Positions 57,444-64,000 of a stretch of DNA of 64,000 bases are shown here, piece after piece. The stretch is taken from positions 32,001 through 96,000 of IMG/VR virus record IMGVR_UViG_3300037512_000782. One strand, given 5' to 3'. The translations under genes and the position numbers were made by a program. The notes under the pieces are model-generated. The model was given only the letters and a program-made list of their open reading frames with translations. It did not search any database and had not been told where the DNA came from. Within the stretch, counting starts at the first letter, position 1; every line of letters starts with the position of its first letter. The DNA comes from a virus (lineage: Duplodnaviria; Heunggongvirae; Uroviricota; Caudoviricetes).

Positions 57444-59218
57444 TGGCCCAGCAACAGACAAATTTCGCACCGTCCGTCGTGCGCTTCGAGTACAATGACG
57501 CTATCCAGTGTCATGTAGCCATCGAATCCGAGGACAAGCGACTTGCCTACATGATTAACAGCTTCATATCGGCTGCCATGACGTTCTATGACAAGACGAA
57601 GTCGAAGACGTGGCAAGTGTCCGAAGGATTCAAGAGCGCATTCGTTACATTTTACGACCGTAAGTTCCAGTTACTACCGATCGGCTTAATACCGAGAGTC
57701 AGCCGTCTTGTCCATGGCCGTTTCGGTTCGAAGATCGAACTGACCAAGGATATCAACGACTTGTTCATTCCGCCTCGCGGAAAGCTGACTAGGAACGACG
57801 TCGTCGGTTTCGCCAATACGCTGAACTTGCACAATCGTCTAACTGGCGAACCGATCATTCCGTACGAACATCAGTACAAGCTGGCCGAGCGAGCCATCAA
57901 CGGACGCCGCATTTCGTTACTAGCTTGCACGAGCGCTGGCAAGTCTCTTGCCATGTGCATTATCGCGAGGTACTTAATATCTCGCGAGAACAAGAAGCTC
58001 TTGATCGTCGTGCCGTCCACCAACTTGGTCGAGCAGCTGTTCTCCGACTTCTACAACGACTATGGCTGGGAAGACGCTCGCCGTTATTGCACGTTGATTT
58101 ACGCGGACTCCGATGACAAGTTGTCGAAATCACAGAAGGAGAACTTGAAGAAGAACAACATTGGCGAAGAAGTCATGCTGAAGCAGATTACCATTTCGAC
58201 GTGGCAGTCGCTCCAGAACAAGCCAGATTCCTTCTTCGAGTGCTTCACTGCGGTCATGGTCGACGAAGCCCACTCGACTCGCGGCGTCAAGTTACGAGAT
58301 ATCTTGGCCAAGTGCGTGAATGCCATCGACTTCAAGATTGGCGTGTCCGGTACTTTGCCGAGTGACGGTATCGACGCTGGCTACATCGAAAGTCAGCTTG
58401 GCCGCAAGGAAGACATCATCAGATTGAAGGAACTCGTCGCACAAGGTATCCTTACCCCAGTGACTGTCCGTTCTATCTTGATTCCGTATCCTCCGCAGTT
58501 ACGAAAGATGATCTGCCGCCAGACCTACGATGACGAAGTCGCATTCTGCAGCTCCAACACGTCGCGCCAGGATATTGTCAAGCTGTTGATCGACGCTGGC
58601 AAGATTACGACCGAGCAGAACACGGTTATCTTGTTCAAGAATATCGATCCGCTTGAAATGATGCACGAGTTTCTTGCAGCGAACTATCCGCAGTTCACTT
58701 ACCATATCATCAAGGGTGACGTGTCCGTGGATGAACGCGAGGATATTCGTAAGTCGATCGAGTATTCGACTGGCCACATCATCTTGGCAACTTACGGCTG
58801 CATGAAGCAAGGCGTCAACATCAAGCTTCTGCACAACTTAATATTTGCCAACCCGGCGAAGTCTGTGTACATGGTCGTCCAGTCGATCGGTCGTATTGTG
58901 CGTCCGCACAAGGACAAGAAGATGGCCTATGTGTATGACTTGGTCGACGATGCGTCGTACGAGTATATCGGACGTTCCGGATATCCTATCGTGAAGACGA
59001 ACTACATGGTCAAGCACTACGATATCCGTCGTTCCTACTATGACGACGACGAAATTCCGGTCGAGGAGATCAACTTCACTGGAATTTACGAAGCCAAGAT
59101 TGACGAAAATGTTATAGCCGAGCGCAAGAAGAAGGCTGCCGACAAGGCGAAGGCCAAGGCCGAGAAGGCCGTCAGCAAGAGCAAGGCTAAAGTATTCAAG
59201 AACAAATTTTTCTTATAA
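57443..59218 (+). CDS. uvsW: SF2 DNA helicase UvsW
   Basis: PYEHQ, CTSAGKS, IVVPST.LV.Q, STWQSL, VDEAH, SGT, GVNI..LHN, QSIGR. Confidence 0.94.
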   Translation: MAQQQTNFAPSVVRFEYNDAIQCHVAIESEDKRLAYMINSFISAAMTFYDKTKSKTWQVSEGFKSAFVTFYDRKFQLLPIGLIPRVSRLVHGRFGSKIELTKDINDLFIPPRGKLTRNDVVGFANTLNLHNRLTGEPIIPYEHQYKLAERAINGRRISLLACTSAGKSLAMCIIARYLISRENKKLLIVVPSTNLVEQLFSDFYNDYGWEDARRYCTLIYADSDDKLSKSQKENLKKNNIGEEVMLKQITISTWQSLQNKPDSFFECFTAVMVDEAHSTRGVKLRDILAKCVNAIDFKIGVSGTLPSDGIDAGYIESQLGRKEDIIRLKELVAQGILTPVTVRSILIPYPPQLRKMICRQTYDDEVAFCSSNTSRQDIVKLLIDAGKITTEQNTVILFKNIDPLEMMHEFLAANYPQFTYHIIKGDVSVDEREDIRKSIEYSTGHIILATYGCMKQGVNIKLLHNLIFANPAKSVYMVVQSIGRIVRPHKDKKMAYVYDLVDDASYEYIGRSGYPIVKTNYMVKHYDIRRSYYDDDEIPVEEINFTGIYEAKIDENVIAERKKKAADKAKAKAEKAVSKSKAKVFKNKFFL

Positions 59219-59227
59219 GGTTAATTT

Positions 59228-59689
59228 ATGCGAGGTACAATAACTTATTGGGATGGCATTCGTCGGTTCTTCGCCGAGCGCGGGTTTGACCGGGCCAAGT
59301 TGGACAGAAACTGCTTTGACGGTTTCAAGATTGTCTCTGCCGATATTCACGAGCCGCTTGAAGGCTATGCGGTTTTCCGTGAATCTGCACCGGATATCTT
59401 TGCGCAGTTCGACCGTCTCGACTGTTCTGTAGACCGTCCGACGGATTACTACCGCGACTTCTTTATCGGTGAATGCAAGCGTCCGCGTGAGGCGCAGCAG
59501 TTGGTCGATGCTCTTTATGAAGTTGCCGCGATGGATCCTCCAGAACCAGTATATGAATCCGCTGATGTCGTTCATACGGTTAGTTTGGAAGTCTTGAACG
59601 ATATTGCTGCCATGAGTGGCAGTACACCAGCAATTAAAGGCGAACCGTTTGTCAATACCGATGGTGAGCTCGTTGTAGAACTGGCTTAG
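59228..59689 (+). CDS. Hypothetical protein
   Basis: 153 aa in operon, AAGG RBS. Confidence 0.7.
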   Translation: MRGTITYWDGIRRFFAERGFDRAKLDRNCFDGFKIVSADIHEPLEGYAVFRESAPDIFAQFDRLDCSVDRPTDYYRDFFIGECKRPREAQQLVDALYEVAAMDPPEPVYESADVVHTVSLEVLNDIAAMSGSTPAIKGEPFVNTDGELVVELA

Positions 59690-59697
59690 GAGTTATT

Positions 59698-61053
59698 ATG
59701 GAATTCAAGTCAAAGCCTCTCAAGAGTTATCCGTTCAAGAACAATCGCCTTCTCGTTATCGACTGGGCATCGCTTTCCTATCATCAGCTTTGGTCAATGA
59801 AGACGAAGTCCAGCAAGAAGCAGCTGGGCAGTGTGTTGCCGGAAGACGACGAAATGATCGTCTGGCGAGCAAAGATGTTCAACCGCATGCTGGACTACAT
59901 CAGACTTTTCAATCCGATGGACATTATTCTCTGCCTTGAAGGCAAGAAGGCATGGCGCAAGCAAGTCGTCAAGGACTATTACACAAAGTATGCCGAAGTC
60001 TATTACGATAGCATCGGCTACTATGTCTGCAGCGACAATTATGCCTACCGTGTGACGAAATGCGGCGATACTTACGGCGTGGCCAAGATTTCTCCGAAGG
60101 AACGCCCGGTGTTCGAATCGTTGAAGCATCGTCCGCTCGGAAAGTTGCCTCAGCAGACCCAAGACATGCTTTGGGGAATCAAGACGCTCTCTGGAACTCC
60201 GGTGCTTCCGTCGTACAAGGGAAAGCGTGGCGCGTCTCCTTGGGAATTCTCGGTCGACAAGAAGTATTGGCAAGCCTACAAGGATGAATACGCAATGGAA
60301 CTTGCTCCGTTCTTCCGCGCAAAGGCTGTCAAGTGCGACATTGCCGAAGGCGACGACATGATCTATGCCGCCGTCAAGAAGTACAGCGGCGACTACGACG
60401 ATGTCATCGTCATCACGCGAGACTCCGATATGTCCCAGATCGACGTGAAGAACTTGAAGATTTTCAACCACACGTCCGAGAATTTCGTCGAATGTCTCTA
60501 TCCGCAGAAGTACCTTGACGCCAAGGTTCTATCTGGAGATACCTCTGACAATATCCGTGGCATGGCCTATGTCGATGCGAAGACTGGCGAGTACAAGCCG
60601 ACCAAGGCTAACGCCGTCTCCGAAAAGGAAGCCGTGACCTTGCTTGAAAACTGCCCGAACATCTATGCTGTAGCCCAGGCTAATGGCTGGGGCGAACAGT
60701 ACATGAGGAACCGTACATTGATCGACTTGTCGATGGTTCCTCGTAACGTGTCCGAGGCTATCGACGTCGTGATGGATAAGCCAGCCCCAGAACTGGCTAT
60801 CGACTGGAACAAGACCAATGAATGGGGCATCCCAGAAAGCAAGGTGGACTACTATCGCACTCTGCAGCAGTTCGGTTTCTTCGCCGTACTCAAGCGCGAA
60901 AACGCCAACCCAGAATCGTTCAAGGGCGAACAGCTCGTCCAGAAGGAAGCCGACATGAACCAGAAGCTGCTGGATGATATGTCTACTGGTCTGGATTTCG
61001 AGTCGGTTGAAGGAATCTTCGACGGCCCGGCGTTTGACATCGGAATGCTTTAA
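59698..61053 (+). CDS. rnh: T4-type RNase H / 5'-3' flap exonuclease
   Basis: LLVID, WRK, YKGKR, AEGDD, TRDSDMSQ, GDTSDNI, RNRTLIDL. Confidence 0.9.
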   Translation: MEFKSKPLKSYPFKNNRLLVIDWASLSYHQLWSMKTKSSKKQLGSVLPEDDEMIVWRAKMFNRMLDYIRLFNPMDIILCLEGKKAWRKQVVKDYYTKYAEVYYDSIGYYVCSDNYAYRVTKCGDTYGVAKISPKERPVFESLKHRPLGKLPQQTQDMLWGIKTLSGTPVLPSYKGKRGASPWEFSVDKKYWQAYKDEYAMELAPFFRAKAVKCDIAEGDDMIYAAVKKYSGDYDDVIVITRDSDMSQIDVKNLKIFNHTSENFVECLYPQKYLDAKVLSGDTSDNIRGMAYVDAKTGEYKPTKANAVSEKEAVTLLENCPNIYAVAQANGWGEQYMRNRTLIDLSMVPRNVSEAIDVVMDKPAPELAIDWNKTNEWGIPESKVDYYRTLQQFGFFAVLKRENANPESFKGEQLVQKEADMNQKLLDDMSTGLDFESVEGIFDGPAFDIGML

Positions 61054-61085
61054 AGTTATATTTATTGGCGTATATTGAGGAAATT

Positions 61086-62756
61086 ATGGCAGAAACACCA
61101 GTAAACGCATTGGTTCGTGTGTCCACGAACAATGAACTTGATTTTAACGAATGGCTCGATTACCATATCGCGCTGGGATTTAACCGTATATTTGTCTATG
61201 ACTCTGGGAACCACGGCTGGCTTCCGGATGCTTGCCGCAAGCGTGAAGAACATGTCACGCTTGTTCCGCTTGCTGGTAATGACTGGCGCAAGAAGAGCAA
61301 CATCATCAAGGCTTATGTCGCACAGACTACGGAACCGTCTTGGGCAGTGTGCCTCGAAGACGACGAATTCATCTGGCTTGACTTGAACGTAAGTCGCTCT
61401 ATCAGCAGCTTCATCAACAAGTATTTCGGCACTGCAGCTTTGGCTATGTCGGTGTACGTGAAGTATCTGTCGTCCGAAAAGCCGATGAAGAACCGTGTCG
61501 GCACACTGATCGACTGCTTCCAGCATGCTCGTCCGAATCCGCAAGGTCTCGTGCATCCGTGCTCGCATACGCCGAACTTCACCTTTACTTTCTTCTACGT
61601 TCCAGACAATCGTTGCGTCCCTATGCGCGGCCCTCTTACTCCGAACACGCAGTATTGGCGTGACTTCAAGGGCACTGTTCTTACGGAAGCTGGCCTTGGC
61701 AAGTATCTCACTTCCCAGCAGTACAATCCGGACGCCTATCCAGTGCGCGGCTACAAGTATGGCTTGAAGTCTGGTATGGAAATGGGCATGCAGCCTGGAA
61801 CCAAGCCAGTCGGCTATACCGTCCGTGACAACACCATGATCAACGAACGCGCCGCCTTGCTGCAAATTCCGGTCAACGAGGCTACCGAAGAACTGTTCGC
61901 CAAGGACGAACTTCTCGTGGAACAGCCGACGTTGCCGAAGCGCGAAATTTCTCCAGAAGAAGCTGCGGAACTCGAATTGCCGATTCCTCTTGGTAAGATC
62001 GACACCTTCATCCTTTATGGCTATCCGCTTGAACATGTCATCGACTTCGCTGTCAAGAACGGCTACGAAGATACTCCGGAACACCGCACGGTGGTCGAGC
62101 GCGTGTATCGTCGCGAATGTTCAATGATTATCGAGTCGACTCCGGTCTACAAGCGTCTCGCCGAACTTGAAGCCGAAGGTGGCCGCACCGACGACATGAT
62201 CTGTGCCGAACTCAAGATCAGCTACCCGGCCCTCTTGAAGATGCGCAAGTGCATGTCAGTGCTGAACATCAATGAACACGAAGCCAAAAAGGCAGATGCT
62301 GAAGCTGCTGCAGTCGAAACTGACAATGCGCAAGCGAAGGCTGTCGTCGAAAGTTCCGACATGGCCGAACTCACCAAGCAGTTTGACGAGACCGTCAATG
62401 CCCATCCGATTTCCAAGGAAGACGAGAAGCGCTTTGACGACAAGGTCGAGGAACAGAAGGCCAAGCGCCGCGAACGCGCAAAGAAGGCTCGTGAAAAGAA
62501 GAAGGCCAACCAAGAAGCCAAGAAGGCTGCCGAGGCTACCGAGGATGAAACTCTGCTGAGTGGCGATATCAAGATTTATAAAGATATCTATGCTGATGCG
62601 AGCTACGCATTGATTGGTAAGGCATCCGACAAGGCATCCGACAAGGAACCGCCTAAAGAGTCCGAAAAGAAGGAAGACGATGTCGAACTCGACCTTGGTG
62701 ATACTAACCTTCTGAACAATACCGACCTTTCCGCATTTGGTAATATAGATGCATAA
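61086..62756 (+). CDS. GT-A (GT2/GT92-like) domain protein with HTH-like segment and charged tail
   Basis: EWLDYHIALGFNRIFVYDSG, WAVCLEDDEFIW; GRTDDMICAELKISYPALLKMRK; overlaps the gp46 start. Confidence 0.65.
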   Translation: MAETPVNALVRVSTNNELDFNEWLDYHIALGFNRIFVYDSGNHGWLPDACRKREEHVTLVPLAGNDWRKKSNIIKAYVAQTTEPSWAVCLEDDEFIWLDLNVSRSISSFINKYFGTAALAMSVYVKYLSSEKPMKNRVGTLIDCFQHARPNPQGLVHPCSHTPNFTFTFFYVPDNRCVPMRGPLTPNTQYWRDFKGTVLTEAGLGKYLTSQQYNPDAYPVRGYKYGLKSGMEMGMQPGTKPVGYTVRDNTMINERAALLQIPVNEATEELFAKDELLVEQPTLPKREISPEEAAELELPIPLGKIDTFILYGYPLEHVIDFAVKNGYEDTPEHRTVVERVYRRECSMIIESTPVYKRLAELEAEGGRTDDMICAELKISYPALLKMRKCMSVLNINEHEAKKADAEAAAVETDNAQAKAVVESSDMAELTKQFDETVNAHPISKEDEKRFDDKVEEQKAKRRERAKKAREKKKANQEAKKAAEATEDETLLSGDIKIYKDIYADASYALIGKASDKASDKEPPKESEKKEDDVELDLGDTNLLNNTDLSAFGNIDA

Positions 62757-64000
62757 GATTATTTTCAAGGAACTTGAGTTCCGCAATTTCATGTCGTACG
62801 GAAACACGAAGAATGTCTTCGAGTTCCGTGACGGCTTGACTTGGCTCAGTGGCGACAACGGCTTCGGCAAGTCCGCCATTGTTGAGGCGATGACTTTCGC
62901 CTTACTAGGTGTCTCTTACCGTGGCGGTAAGAAGGAAGAATTACGAAACACGAAGAATGCCAACGACGGCGCGGTCACGATGGTTCAGTTGACCTTCGAT
63001 ACGGAAAATCCGCAAGACGGTCACGAGTCATGGCGCGTACTTCGTACGATTTCTGGAAAGTCATCGACGGTGAAGTTCACCATCGAGAAGCTTGAAGGCG
63101 AGGACTGGGTCGTCCAGAACAAACGAGCTGGTTTCAGCCAGCAAGACTTCGAAGAAAAGATCCTTCAGTTCAATGAAGTGCTTTTCAAGAACGTCATAGC
63201 AATGAACACCCAAGAGACGCTTCCGTTCTTCATGCTCCCGGCAGCGAAGAAGCGCGAATTACTAGAGTCGATTATTTCTCTGTCCCTCGACGCTTGGAAG
63301 AAGGCTAACCACAAGCGATTGTCTGATGCCACGATTTCTTTCAACGTGGCTCAGTCCGATATGCAGCAGCTCAACAACGAAGTTGTCGAACTGAAGCAGA
63401 TTCACGCTCGCATGGTTGCAGAACGCGCCGAGAACCTTGACCAGATGAAAGCTGATTACGCGGCTCTGGACTCGCAGTACACGACTCTCTACGCGGACTA
63501 CAGAGGCCATGAAGACACCAAGTTCGATCTCAATGAGCAGTTGAACCAGATCCGTAACGATCTCGCCGCCGAAACCGATATTGACAACGAAATCGATCGA
63601 ATCAATCGCCAGTCTGCAAAGCTTCCGCAGCTCACCGATGCCAAGGAACGCTATGCTACTGCCGAGGCGGCTTATAACAAGTTACTAGCCGACCACGAGG
63701 TCTATGAGCAGACCATGCAAGGTGTCGTTGAATCGTATAATGACATCCAAGAAAAGCTTTCCGATATTCCGTCGGCTCGTGCCAAGGTCGACCGTCAGTA
63801 CGGCATCAAGGAAAACGAAATCCGCTTACGAACTGAACAGCGTGACCAGTTGACCGAGACGGCAAAGTCGTTCAAGGTCGGTACTCCGTGTCCGACTTGC
63901 GGCCACATTTCCGACGAGTCCGACGTCGAGCGTCACAAGGCCGAACTGCGTGTCAAGTGGACTGCGCTCAATGACCAAGTCAAGGCTTTGAAGACTGAGC
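62749..64000 (+). CDS. gp46: Recombination ATPase Rad50/SbcC-like (T4 gp46), 3' truncated by the window
   Basis: Read manually: MHKIIFKELEFRNFMSYGN...GDNGFGKSAIVEA; coiled coil; CPTC zinc hook at 63889-63900. Confidence 0.93.
   Translation, partial: MHKIIFKELEFRNFMSYGNTKNVFEFRDGLTWLSGDNGFGKSAIVEAMTFALLGVSYRGGKKEELRNTKNANDGAVTMVQLTFDTENPQDGHESWRVLRTISGKSSTVKFTIEKLEGEDWVVQNKRAGFSQQDFEEKILQFNEVLFKNVIAMNTQETLPFFMLPAAKKRELLESIISLSLDAWKKANHKRLSDATISFNVAQSDMQQLNNEVVELKQIHARMVAERAENLDQMKADYAALDSQYTTLYADYRGHEDTKFDLNEQLNQIRNDLAAETDIDNEIDRINRQSAKLPQLTDAKERYATAEAAYNKLLADHEVYEQTMQGVVESYNDIQEKLSDIPSARAKVDRQYGIKENEIRLRTEQRDQLTETAKSFKVGTPCPTCGHISDESDVERHKAELRVKWTALNDQVKALKTE

Noticed and set aside
62619-62646. 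12-bp tandem repeat AAGGCATCCGAC
   Set aside because: Short coding duplication (KASDKASDK) in a low-complexity tail; no evidence of function.
1-64000. Stop-codon reassignment, as in some large gut phages
   Set aside because: Core genes are full length in code 11, and TAA, TAG and TGA all end genes at sensible positions.
1-64000. tRNA/rRNA genes and integrase or transposase
   Set aside because: No cloverleaf or T-loop signature in the short intergenic gaps and no recombinase motifs noticed by eye; tRNAscan was not run.
1-64000. Host assignment from codon style and restriction-site avoidance
   Set aside because: Not supportable without spacer matches or database comparison.

Overview
A 64-kb segment of a large, divergent T4-like (Tevenvirinae-distant, jumbo-type) myovirus genome, standard genetic code, densely coding. 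It carries tail/baseplate genes (gp53-like, gp48/54-like, hub/tape-measure-like, gp26/gp51-like chaperones, tube gp19, a 1202-aa sheath gp18, an extended gp25) interleaved with a T4-type replisome/recombination set (gp43 PolB, gp44/62, gp45, gp61, gp32, gp41, UvsX/Y/W, RNase H, gp46 and gp47 about 55 kb apart), DnaJ and many orphans. Two promoter classes can be read from the sequence: TTGVAATTCAAA-N11-TANNNT before replication genes, and (G)ATAAACT mostly 25-28 nt before structural/orphan genes. Most notable: (i) a perfect bacterial parS site, a PolA/T7-RNAP-superfamily (TV-Pol-like) gene with a structured leader and an adjacent origin-like region, and a second, DnaN-like sliding clamp, which together suggest an auxiliary chromosome-mimicking replication/segregation system; (ii) three divergent glycosyltransferase-like proteins (two with HTH-like segments) embedded in replication operons, alongside strong CCTG/CAGG and GGWCC avoidance; (iii) a candidate +1 frameshift in the tail chaperone pair; (iv) a gene-32-type RNA pseudoknot. 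All assignments come from motif recognition by eye; no database searches were run.
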